Shown here: positions 13,537 through 25,420 of the stretch, in pieces
How the letters are laid out: each line of letters starts with the position of its first letter
Position numbering within the stretch: the first letter of the stretch is position 1
Assembly: GCA_013265495.1 (NCBI GenBank)
Contig: MU057648.1
Location: forward strand, 1 to 64,000
DNA: 64,000 nt
Origin: Vicugna vicugna
Taxonomy: Eukaryota
Reading direction: 5' to 3'
The notes under the pieces: generated by a model
Told to the model about the DNA's origin: nothing
Databases searched by the model: none
What the model saw: only the letters and a program-made list of their open reading frames with translations
Program-made: the position numbers and the translations under genes

Positions 13537-14365
13537 CACACTAGCACAAAGCCCAGAATTTCTATTGACATGACATCTGCATTTATATTGAAGACCCCCA
13601 AAGATTCAGGATTTGGAACTAACAGAAACAAACTAAGCCATACAGTTACTCAGTTATTTTCTAGGTTCTGGTAAAGCCTTCTTCCATTGATTCTCATCCA
13701 CAAAGGCAGGAAGACAATTCTGCCCCAGGCCCTCTTTCTCCCTCTGCCTAAGGGCTCAGGCCTCCCTCTTTGACCTTCTCACCACCTACTCACATTCTGG
13801 TGGGCAGACTGACAGCCACTGCTGCTGACAACTAGCAAGCCACACCTGACCTACCTGAAATGTCACCCCTACTACTGACGTTGCTGTTAACTCCCAAACA
13901 AATCCACCCTCTGCCTCCTCAGCCCAGCTGTGTTCTGTTCCCTCTGTTGTGCCTTGAAAACACAAGCACGTCCATGGTAGATCCCTTCCACCTCCCTCAC
14001 GACCAGCCTGCCCCAGGTTCCATCAGCCCTTGGCCCATTCTTTCCTTCTGACCCTACTGGGAACCTGGACCTAGCCCTCCTCCCCTCTCCCTGGTACACC
14101 ACACAACCTCCTCCCTGGGACCTGTCTCCTCTCTGGCCATGTTACTCTTCCTCAGACACCTGGTACAGACTGCCACTCCCCCTGCTATGAACCTGAAATG
14201 CCATCGTCCTGCTTCTGACCAAGTAAGGTTCAACTTCCAAGCCTAATCCTGTGGGTCCCAGGCAGATGTCCCCTCTCTACCCCAATTCCCAGGCCCCCCA
14301 CCAGTGATAGCTCTGCCCTCTGGCCATGATCACAAGTCTTTGCCTCATGGCCTTGACTGTCCTTT

Positions 14366-15030
14366 GTAATATGGTGCAGCTGCTATGGAAAACAGTATGG
14401 CAGTTCTTCAAAAAGTTAAAACTAAACAAAAAAAATTTAAGAAAAAGAAAAAAGTTAAAAATAGAATTATCATATGGTCTAGAAATTCCATTTCTGGGTA
14501 CACACTTGAAAGAATGTAAAGTGGGGTCTCAAAGAGACATTTCTATATGTTCATAGCAGCATTATTCACAATAGCCAAAAGAAGCGACCCATGTAAATAC
14601 CAACAAATGAAAGGAGAAGTAAATGTAGTATATACACACACTGGACTATTACGCAGCCTTGAAAAGGAAGGAAATTCTGACCCATGCTACAAAAGGGATG
14701 AACCTTGAGCACATTATGTTAAGTGAATCAAGTCAGTCAGAAAGAACATACATTGTATGATTCCATTTATACGAGGTACTTAGGGCAGTCAAATTCATAG
14801 AGACAGAAAGTAGCTGGTGATTAGCAGGGATTGAGGGGAGGGGTGGGGAACAGAGTTATTGTTTAAGTGGTATAGCGTTTCAGTTTTGCAAGACAGGAAG
14901 AGCTGTAGGATGGATGGTGGTGATGGTTGTACAACAAGATGAAAGTACTCTATACCCCAGAATTGTACACTTAAAAATGGTTGCGAATGCAAATTTTGTT
15001 ATGTATATTTTACCACAATAAAAAATTTTA
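14366..15030 (+). mobile_element. L1MB/MC-like ORF2 end and 3'UTR
   Basis: ggtgcagctgctatggaaaacagtatggcagttc...gcagcattattcacaatagcc...gatgaaccttgag...gtacacttaaaaatgg...taccacaataaaaaa. Confidence 0.85.
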
Positions 15031-15481
15031 ACCCCCAAATATATGTGTGTGTGTGTGTGTGTATGTATCTTATCTGAAGTACCTATGTTAACAGAGTGGA
15101 AGAGAATTAAAAAAACATTAGGTAGTTGAGCTTAATATTAGTTATTTCCCTTGCAAATCTGTTTACAATGTTAAAAAACTTGTGATATACAAGGAATATT
15201 AAGTAGGAAAAGCTAACAAACTCAACCCTGAATACCATCCTTGCAGTCCTGACTGCCCAATGGGCTCTCAGGTAGGTGGCTGCAAGCCTAGGAGACCAGC
15301 ATTCCCCTCGGCAGTCACCAAGCAGCCACGCCTCCATCAATTTAGGGGCTTGTGTCCCCACAACTCCTGGGAAGTTCTCAGATACTTCCTGCTCTCCCTG
15401 CACGAACCACGTCGGCAGTTAGGGAAACCAAGGAAAACACTACAGAAGAGAAACATAAACTTGCAAAAATACAGGTGGCTG

Positions 15482-15667
15482 GGGAGAGGATATAGCTCAG
15501 TGGTAGAATATGTGTTTAGCATGCACAAGATCCTGGGTTCGAGCCCCAGTACCTCCTTTAAAAATAAATAGATAAGTAAATAAATGAACCTAATTACCTC
15601 TCACCCCCCCCTAAATAAATAAATGAATGAATGAACGAATGAATGAATGAATGAATGAATGAATGAA

Positions 15668-15710
<43 letters not shown>

Positions 15711-15726
15711 AGATATCCTTTAAGAT
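15482..15726 (+). mobile_element. tRNA-derived SINE (camelid Vic-1-like) with (TGAA)n/(TAAA)n tail
   Basis: A box tagctcagtggtag, B box ggttcgagccc, acctaattacctc 3' motif; imperfect TSD aaa(t/c)acag(g/a)tggctg at 15467-15481 and 15727-15741. Confidence 0.85.
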
Positions 15727-15849
15727 AAACACAGATGGCTGAAACGAAAAGAGCTACTCAGCATTTCTGGTGTGTCTTAACCAGCTTGGCTGGCAAGAAG
15801 CTAACTTCAAAATAACATGATAACAAGTCCAAAAGAGGAAAAAAAAAGG

Positions 15850-16990
15850 ACAAGATGGATATATAGGTGGAGCATTTCAACAGAATTGGAGATCTATAAA
15901 AAATTATCCAATAGATATGCTAGGACTTAAAGATACAGTATCTGAAATTAAGACTTCCTTGACTAGGTTCCACAGCAGAATGGTGAAAGCAGAAAATACA
16001 ATTAATCAACTCAAAACCTGGTTAATCAAATATCCAGAGAGAATACAGATGGAAAAGACAGAAGAGTGCGTACAAGACGTGTGGGAGACAGTCAAAAGGT
16101 CCAGCATATGTGTAATTCGAGTCCCACAGTGGGAAGAGAGAAGAAGCAGTCTGGGAAGGAATAATGGCCATAAGTTTTCTCCAATCTGATGAAAGAAACT
16201 AGCCCACAGAATCCAGAAGCTCAGTAAGCCCCAAGAAGGAAAAAATATAAACCAACCTTACCTAGCCACATCATTGTCAGTCCTGAGAATCAAATACAGA
16301 AGAAAAAAACTTAAAAGCAGCTAGAGAAAAGAAAAGAGATATTTTCAAAGGAGTAATAAGACGATTATCTTCTTTTCAATATAAAATATAGTAGAAAGAA
16401 GACAATAGGATATTTAAAACATAAAAAAGGAGGGAAGGAAGTAAAGAATGAAGGACAGCTAATCTAGAATTCTATGCCCAGTGACATGATCCTTCAAAAA
16501 TTAAGGTGACATTAAGATGTTTTCAGGCAAAATAAAAAATCAAAAAGCAACGAATTCTCCACCAGCAGACGTTCATCACAAAAAATACTAAAGGAGTTCT
16601 TTAGACTGAAGAAAAATGGTCCCAGGTGGAAGCAAAGAAATACAGAAAGGGATAAAGAACATCAAAACTATTTTTTTAAATGTAGTTACTTATAAATAAA
16701 TATTGTTTAAAACAACAGTAACAATTACAGTGCTTCGTGGAATTTACAACACACATGAGTGAAATACATAACAACAGTAATATGATGCAGGAGAGTGGAT
16801 AAATGGAATTTAACTTGTGAGGTTCTTCAATTATTTAGGAAGTGGTAAAAGTACAATTTAAAGTAGACTATAATACATCAAACATTCATACTATAGTCTC
16901 TTTTATTAAAAGAATGAAAGAAGGTAAGAATAAGAACGATAGAGGAAAGAATGAAATCATTAAAAAATGCTTAATTATTGAAACAATGAG
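15850..16990 (+). mobile_element. Old L1/HAL1 ORF1-region fragment
   Basis: Degenerate ORF1-like text: DVWETVKRSSICVIRVP, ttaaaagcagctagagaaaa, tctagaattctatgcccag, caccagcagac. Confidence 0.65.
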
Positions 16991-16999
16991 AGAGAAGGA

Positions 17000-17705
17000 A
17001 TATCATGCTGCAGTGTCAGAACTCCCTTCCTTTTGAAGACTGCATAATATTCCATTGTGTGGATTTATCATATTTTTTAAACATTTTTTATTGATTTATA
17101 ATCATTTTACAATGTTGTATCAAGTTCCAGTGTAGAGCACAATTTTTCAGTTATACATTAACATATATATACTCATTATCACCTTTTTTTCTCTGTGAGC
17201 TACCATAAGATCTTGTATATATTTCCCCGTGCTATACAGTATAATCTTGTTTATCTATTCTACAATTTTGAAATCCCAGTCTATCCCTTCCCACCCTCTG
17301 CTCTCTTGGCAACCACAAGTTTGTATTCTATGTCTATGAGTCTATTTCTATTTTGTATTTATGCTTGGTTTGTGTGTGTTTTTTTTTTAGATTCCACATA
17401 TGAGCGATCTCATACGGTATTTTTCTTTCTCTTTCTGGCTTACTTCACTTAGAATGACATTCTCCAGGAGCATCCATGTTGCTGCAAATGGCATTATGTT
17501 GTCGGTTTTTATGGCTGAATAGTATTCCATTGTGTAAATATACCACATCTTCTTTATCCAGTCATCCGTTGATGGACATTTAGGCTGTCTCCATGTTGTG
17601 TGGATTTATCATGTTTTGTTTATCCACTGACTGTTGATGGACGCTAGGACTGCTTCCACCTTTTGGCGATTGTCAATAATGCTTCTATGAACATTGGTGT
17701 GCAAT
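17000..17705 (-). mobile_element. Old L1 fragment hosting a younger nested L1
   Basis: tcctttt gaagactgcataatattccattg...tttatccac...gatggac...ttccaccttttggcgattgtcaataatgcttctatgaacattggtgtgcaa. Confidence 0.7.
17072..17595 (-). mobile_element. Young 5'-truncated camelid-type L1 3' end (524 bp)
   Basis: Perfect 17-bp TSD ttgtgtggatttatcat at 17055-17071 and 17596-17612; ORF2 C-terminus plus 3'UTR. Confidence 0.9.
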
Positions 17706-17784
17706 CTAAATCATTTTTTAAATCATCCTTTTAGCTGAAATAGAACCTTAATCACTCCTGCTTTCAGTTTTCAGACAACATGGT

Positions 17785-17930
17785 AGACAGGAAGTATAGT
17801 ATGCAGTCAGACAGACCTGGGTCCAAAAGCCAGGCTCTGCCACTCACTAGCTCAGTGGCCGTGGGCAAGGTCCTTGGAAGATTGCATGTAAAGCACGTAA
17901 ACCTGCTAGGCACATGGCAGGTGCACATGG
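17785..17930 (+). mobile_element. MIR SINE fragment
   Basis: cagtcagacagacctgggtcc...ggctctgccactcactagct...gggcaag. Confidence 0.6.
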
Positions 17931-19297
17931 CAGCAATTACTAACATTCCTCTCACGAGCGCGGAGCCCCTCTCTGATGGCAGGCGGGCTGGGGAGTGTCA
18001 GAGACTCTGGGTTCTCAAATGCCCTGAAGATCCTTGACGCTTGTGTGTTCATTTTCTCCACAACAGACAGGAAGACAAACCAAAACTTGTAACAGCTGCC
18101 AATCAACCTCCATAAAACATGCTGTCAACCAATGATAACTGGCGAGAGTATTTTCCATTCTGCTTGAAAATACTGTTTCTATTCATATGACTTTAACTGC
18201 TATGTGCTAGAGGCAAACCCAGATTATGAATGATTCACTCATAGACACAATGACTAATTAAATGCCAAAGAGACGATTCATTAAAAAATATAAATGCAAA
18301 CTTTTTACCCATGGGCTTGCAAGTAGATGTCTGTGGGAAGCAACTGCAGGAAGGTTTATAACCTCAATCTCCTCAGTAAACAATACTGCAGGTGGCAAAG
18401 GGAAAAAAAAATACCTGTACTCATAAACTATTTCTTATCATGCAAACCATGATAAATGAAGCTTCTGTATGTGGTTCTTAAACACGTAAGTTTTTTGCTG
18501 TTTTGATAAATGCTTACAGATTTTTTTTTTTATCTTCAGCCCTCTGACCCTATTGCTGTATTTTAGTGATATCTACCTAGAGGAGACGGCTAGTTGGGTT
18601 CTAAATCAAACCATTCACCACAGAGGCTCCTGAAAGCCCCACTGGCCCGCACCTGACCCTGGGAGATGACTGTGATACTCATGGTCTCACTGCTCTGTGC
18701 TCGCTAAGGCACTCTCCCATTCTATACATTTTTCTCCATCCACAAAGTAGAATTAAGACTGACAACATATTTCACAAGACTGTGGCACAGATATCGTAAA
18801 GAGCCAGGACTGATAGTATCTAGAATCCCCCGATCAATGTAAGCTCTCGCAACCTGGGGAAGGGCAGTGTTTGAGACACAGTTCATGTTGGCTTTGACTG
18901 TCAAAGTCATTCCAAGCAATGGAATTTAAAAATCAGTTCTCAGATCCTATTCCCTTTAGTTTCAGGGCAGCTGTGTGATCAATGAGGCAAGCAGAGAGAT
19001 AACAGAAGAAACACCCGCTAACTGATTTTTAAATTGCTGATCCAAAAGCTTACCGGTCTTGAAACGACCCTTAACCACATTTGCCAGTGGATTCTCAGCA
19101 AGTTATCGCATCTCAAACAAACAAAATTTAACTTATCCAGTCTTCCCTCACTTCTCTCTCTCTCTCTTTTGGTAAAATGCACTTTGCTACATCCCTTCAG
19201 GCTTGTTTTTTGCGTTTTGCTTAGTCTTGCTATTTTATATCGCCTGAAAGCTACAGGAACACAAGTTATAAGAGCAAGTGGCAGTAGACAGTGCAGC

Positions 19298-19365
19298 AAA
19301 CACACACTCATACACACACACACACATACACACACACTCACTCTCTCTCTGTCTCTCTCTCTCTC
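19298..19365. repeat. Compound (CA)n(CT)n microsatellite
   Basis: Direct observation. Confidence 0.85.
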
Positions 19366-21699
19366 CCCAAATCCAGCCCCCAAGCTGAGAACTTGAATTC
19401 TCAAGACTAACAAGGAGCCTCTGGCTTTGTTCTTTCCTGTCTCCCTCCATATCCATCACGGGATCATGTGTGTGTGAGTAGAGGCAGCCAAAACCTCTAC
19501 AAAACTGACAGTTTCAGGTTGTCAAATCTTTTCTATCCCTTCTTTCTCTCTCTCCCTTAAAAGGGGGTGGAGGTGGTCAACAGCAGTGTCACGTGGGGCT
19601 ACAGATCCAAAGTCTCTCCTGACCCGGGAATGCCTGCAGGCTGAGGGTGAACTTGAGAATAAGCCCTCAAGAGGTGTCATCCAGCCATCCTCTGGCTCCA
19701 GCCCAAGGATCCCACACCCAGTGGGCCGCTGCGACAGAACCACACATCTGCCAACCCCAGGGCCTCACACCCTCCTCCTATAGCCCGATTGCTTGGAAGC
19801 AGGGAGACCGTCACCCCTGCTACCTCTGTTTCTGATGAAAGCCAGTGTCTCATGTACGGAGAGGTGCACAAGAAACACATGTTCTCACCGAGATTTGCAT
19901 CTCTCCTACCCCCAAATAACATGGCACAAAATAAAATTAAGCTGCGTTCTAAAACGGGAACAGAGGAGGAGGCAAAGCTGTTACAGGGAAAGAATCTCAA
20001 GGAGAGAAAATTTCACTCTGCCCTGTGCTCTTGGGGCTAGAACTGAGGTCAATCCTCCTTCTGGTCCTTGAGGCTGCCTTCTGGAAGGGCTGCACCCAAG
20101 CCACCTCCAATCAAACCATTTCTCTCCCCTTAGGGTCTCCAGTGGACTCGGGAGCCCAAGCAAACACCTGTTCTATGTGGTGAATCCCCCCAGAGAGCTC
20201 TGGGTTGTCCCGGGGCTCTTTCGAGTTTTTCCCAGGATTTTTGTGTGCCCCGTAAGTTGATTTTTCTCTCTGTAAGTATCTGAGCTGAGTTGGTGGGGTC
20301 AATGGAGAGGAAACTTCATTTGCCTGTGTTAGCTCCTGGAAAGACTGGAAGACAAGAAATCTGGAAAGAACACGGGCCAGGTCATTTCTAAGGGAGGCCC
20401 ATCTCACTGCCCCCAAATTCTGGCCTTTGAGTCTGCAGAGAACGTGGTCCCCCACCTGCTTGCCAGACTCAGGCCTTTGCCCTCTGGTCAAGGTTGGGCT
20501 TCTTTCAGAACCTCTCCCTGCAGTCTCCGGGATGCATCTCAGAGATGGTACAGTAAACCCTCCAAGAGCTTCCTTTCAAGCTTAAAAATAGGGCAGCTCT
20601 TTCAAGAGGGGACAACAACCATCACTGGGAGCACAATCTTCGTGCTTCCTTTACGGCACAGACTCTGAGACGCCAGCAGAGGTCAGGCATCCAGCTAATG
20701 GGCAGATGCCAAGTCATTTTTTTCGCCCTTTCAGGATACTGCATGAAGATTTGCCCAAAGCTATTAAAAATTAATTATTCACCCCCCTAAGAAGGCTTGA
20801 ATCAAAAGTCAACATTTACAACTTATTAATTACAACATTCCCTGGCATTAGAGACTCATTATACTGGAGCTGCAGTGCTAATCTAATTTTACATGAAAGG
20901 GGACGTGTAATTGCAGAAGCCCTGCAAGTCTGCGCCATAGCAAAGTCATTTTATGCTCCTCTTAGAGTCTGTCAAAGCCGATCACACCAAAGGCCTCGGC
21001 TGGTTTGTCAGTCACCCTGGAGCACATTCAGCCTTTGGACTGGGGGCCCCGAGTGAAAGCGATGGAATGTGGCTAAGAGCCCAGGGCCCAGCTCTGAGCA
21101 CAGTGTCCACCATCCATTCTCCATGCTGCAGAGGGCTGGGGGCTTGCTACTGAAGGGTTATCCTTGCAGGAAAAGCCCCCTGCGAACTGAGTGGGATTCT
21201 GCACCTGTGCCTCAGCCATGGTCGCAGAGGGATTGACAAGATGCTGGGGAAACAGTGCATCAAAGGAGAGGGCACCACTCCTTCCCTCCCCTTTCGTCAT
21301 CCGCAGGACACTTTGCAGCTGATCAAACTGTCCCCACTACCACCATCGCCACTGTAGCCTGTACTGGTGCCATAAGGGCCAGGTACAGTGCTGACACTTC
21401 ACATATCCTCACAACAGCCCAATTCTTCAAATAAAGGAACTGGGGCTGAGGGGGGAGGGGCACTGGTTAGATCACTTGTCCCAGGTCATGTGGCTGCAAA
21501 GTGACACAGCTGGGATCCCAGTTTGTCTGGGTTCTGGTACCACAGACGCTATAAGGAACAAACAGGACACAGAGCCCGGCTCTGCCCCTGAAGCTTTCTC
21601 AAATCCCAGTACTCTCTTCCCCACTGCCACCACCCCTGGCCAGCATCGCCTGCCACCTGGATCCACTGGCCCCTCTGCCACTGTCTGGCCTCACTCTGA

Positions 21700-22010
21700 C
21701 ATACTCTCCACCCTGTAGCCCTTAGGATCTGAGGGGAAGGCTTTTCATGATCCATGATCTGGCCCCTGCTGGTTTCTCCAGCCTCAACTTGGGACATCCC
21801 CACCCCCCACACCCCTCCCTGCTCCTGCCACTGTGAACTGTCCTCATCTCTCCAGACCACCATGCTCTCCTCCACTTCTGGGCCTCGCTTTCTCCAGGCT
21901 ATGTGACTCACCTTCACCAGGCTACTTCCTCCCGGCCCTGTGGGTCTCAGCTAATGCATCACTTCCTCCAGAGAGCCTTCCTTGACTATCCAGGCTGGGT
22001 TAGGTGCCTC
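21700..22010 (-). mobile_element. L2 fragment
   Basis: ccatgatctggcccctgct...gggtctcagctaatgcatcacttcctccagagagccttccttgact. Confidence 0.55.
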
Positions 22011-23814
22011 TCCTTGTGCTTTCTTTGCAAGGGTGAAGCTGCAAAAATCTTCACTTGGATTTCCCTCCAGCCCAAGGTCAGAATGTTTCAACACACTTTT
22101 GGGGCATCTTACACAAAGAAACCCAGAGTCAGCATGTCTCTGGGAAGTAAGGCTCCTGGGGAGAGGTGGACGCTGGGCATACAGGCTGAGACACTCCCAA
22201 GAACCAGCCTTTCCACACCCACAACTCAAGTTGGGGTCTGAGCCCAAGGACAAATGACCGTGTGTGAAACCACAGCACTAACCAAACACATGAATGATGG
22301 GGAGGAGGTGAGGCCCCGCTTTCCATTATTAGCACTACCTTCACTACTCTTTTCCTATATGCATGTATTAATGAGATTTAAAAATCCCATTTTTAATATT
22401 AAAGTAAAATTGGTGCATGGCATTTATTTTTGGGTTGCTTGAAATGCAGTGATGTCACAGAAATTAGATTCATAAATAACAAAGAGATCAAATTAAAAGG
22501 GTTTGCCAGTATTTTAGTGGCCCGGGTGCATTACAGCAGAAGGTGGAAAATGGCCGAGCCACGACGCTGTGGCATTTATCCCCATCTCACAAGCAACGGG
22601 GCTGTTACACAGTCGAGGCTGATAAAAAGGTGAGAGTTTCAGCAGCCACGCCACGCACTAGTGACTGACTCTGTCCCCAGCACCTGCTGCTGGATAATCA
22701 CCTTGTCATATTCTGAGAGGAGACGGATCACTGTAGCATATTTATTGCAGAAGTGCTGGCAGTGGAATCCAGAAAAACAGTATCGGGTGAGTTGCAGTTT
22801 TTAAATAACACTAAATAAGCATGTCTTTCTGCTCGCCGGGGGCTGTGAGGCCGGTAAGGATTGAGTGCTCAGCCTGAATGATCGTTCTATTCAGGCATCT
22901 TCATTTGGTTTTAAACAGACCATACATAGATTAAGGAGTTTTGCTTCATATTAAATGAGAATCTGACTGGCACACGTGAAATACATGTCTAAAAGGAAAA
23001 ATAACGAGCCAAGGAAAACTGAAAAGCAAGAGATGAGACCGCAGGGAGGGGATAAGCTGGATTTCGGTGCTACAGAGGAGTTGGGTAGGGGTGAGAGGGA
23101 GGGAGGAGCAAGGGGTGGGGCCGCGCAAGGGGGCGGGGCCAGGTAGCAAGGATGGCCCACTGGCCCGGAAAAGAGCACCCGACCACCAAAGGGGCCACAG
23201 TTTTCCTGCCTCAGGCCCCATCACCCAAGCACGCAACTGAACCCTTCCTCTGTCCCCTCCACTCTATTGCTACTTCATTCTAGAAAGAAACTGCGTACAT
23301 ATTTTTAAAAACATGCTCCCTTTCTTTCTGGGCTCTCCCAGAGAAGGGCAGGATGTGGGTTCTTGTTCCTTGGAATCACATCTGTCCAGCTCCCATAGCC
23401 ACAAGTGCACCCCAGGAAGTGCAGGGAGGCCCAGGCGGCTGAGGCAGGAAGGTGGCAGAGCAGCCTGGGACCACGTTTTGGAAGCATCTGTCAAATGTCT
23501 GTGGAATGCGCCAGTGGCGGGCACGGAGAGTCAGACCACCAAATTGTTATAATCACACCCATGCGAAAAAAAGGGTTTGATCGTGTGCCCTCAATATATG
23601 AATAATTCTTTCTAGATTATACATATGGTATACTACTTCACTTCTGCTTTACATGATCATGTGCCCTCCTGGGGGGTACTGGTCCCCTTCTTGGAAACGG
23701 TAAGGCTAGGGGACAGTGGAATCAACAGCCACAATACCATCACACCCCATACTCAACGCAACTTTTCTAGGAAGATATCAGAGAAGAGAGGGGAGCTACC
23801 GCACGACACAGTAC

Positions 23815-24102
23815 CTGGGGCGTTAAGCTCACAACAGGCCATAACCTGAATTTGCTTGGTGCCCAGCCAGAGGATAGCAGGGTAAGAAAACTTGGGCTGG
23901 GCTCTCCACAGGGCAGACGCAAGCATAAAAAGTGACAACCGAGGCTGCAGAGCACTCGCCGGAACACTGATGCTGTAAAGCCGGGTGAGAGGAGAGCTCC
24001 TGGAAGGTGGCTGAGACCTCCGCCGTGCGTGGGTGTGCGCGTGCGCAGTGAGAGCGGAACCGGGATGGCAATGTCTGCAGTGTTTTCACTGCTTCTTTTA
24101 TA
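23815..24102 (-). promoter_or_regulatory. Candidate internal TATA promoter and alternative first exon of OSBP2
   Basis: TATAAAAG 24102-24095; Inr-like CA(+1)TT at 24072; NRF1 motif TGCGCACGCGCA 24047-24036; in-frame ATGs at 23926 and 23842; donor CAG|GTACTG at 23815/23814 in phase 1. Confidence 0.5.
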
Positions 24103-24559
24103 TTTCTTTTGCTATCACTGCACTATTTTAATAGCACAGGAAGTCAAGTTTAAGTGAAGAGCGGCAGGTGATTTTACTCGCCAGTTTCCTCTCCTCCGAA
24201 ACACAGCATCGATTTCCTCCCACGGCTTCCCCAGCTACCAGACGGATGAGTGTGTCGGAACCAGCCTGGCTCCGCTAATGGGGCCTTCTGTCTTCCTGCT
24301 CACGAGGCTGCCATCATCACTCTCCCCGACAGCTCGGTGCCCTCCTCGGCGCAAGGGCTGCGTGGGCTGTCACCATGGGCGAGGCGGCATTTTTCTCCCG
24401 TGTCGGCTTATCAGTTGATGGCCTTGAGCTGTGATAGCATCTGGGAGACCTTGAGCCCCCCTGCGACGGGAGCACCTCTGTGCAAACCGAAAAGCCAGCG
24501 GCACTTCTAGGTAAGTTATGGCAAGGGCTCACATGAGACTATTTGTGGGCGTGCCTTCC

Positions 24560-25420
24560 CTTAATCAAGCTGTGCATTTTCTGGTGAGGGAGTGTTAACT
24601 GGAACAATCTTTATGGAGGATAACTCGCCAGCAGCATCAAAATGGAAAGCATGCACTTGACTTAGTAATCCTTTCTCTAAGACTTTACCCTTAGGAAATA
24701 ATCACACGCTGCGGGGGGTGGGGGTGGGGAGTAGTGGAGGAGAAAAAGAAAAAGAAGAAAGAAAAAAAAAGTGAGAAAAGAAAAAGAAACACCTGTCCCA
24801 GTGCTTTTCTGGATATGAGGGGAACACTGCAAGCAACCTGAATGGCTAAAAAAATGTTTAACTAAATTATTGCTGTATCCAATCAATAGAGTATTATGCA
24901 TCATTAAAAATGGTATTATAGTTATTTGAACAGGTAATGATATTAAAGAACTGTTATTTAAGGTGTGATATTGGTCTTGAATTGATCCTTTTAAAACAGC
25001 TCTTGTTTTTGAGAGACAACACAGTAAAATGTTTGCAAATCGGTTTTGCTTTAAAATAATGGCAGGGAGCAGATTAGTGATTGCCAGTAGCAGAGGGAAG
25101 GGGGAATAGGGAGTGAGTGGTTAATGGACATGAGGTTCCTTTGGGGGTGATGAAAATATTCAGGAATTGGAAGTGATTGTTACACAACATTGTGAATGGC
25201 AAAATATCACTAATGGTGAATTTTATGTTATGTGTATTTACCACAGTAAAAAAAATAATGGAGGGACCAGAAGATGGAGTGAGATGAAATGAGATTGGCC
25301 ATAAATTGATAATTGTTGAAAGGTGAGCTGTAAGAGCATGGGCCATATGTGTACATGTGTATATATGTATATATATACATGTATGTAACTTATTAGAAAG
25401 TTTCCATAATAAAAAGTGAT
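24560..25420 (+). mobile_element. Old L1 3' fragments (L1MC/ME with a nested L1MB-like piece at ~25070-25255)
   Basis: agattagtgattgcc...tttgggggtgatgaaaatattcaggaattg...atggtgaattttatgttatgtgtatttacc. Confidence 0.6.

Noticed and set aside
15482..15555. tRNA gene-like sequences (also at 48070, 56337, 56485)
   Set aside because: Diverged heads with A-rich tails and TSDs mark them as SINEs; no CCA-proximal Pol III gene context or intact cloverleaf evident.
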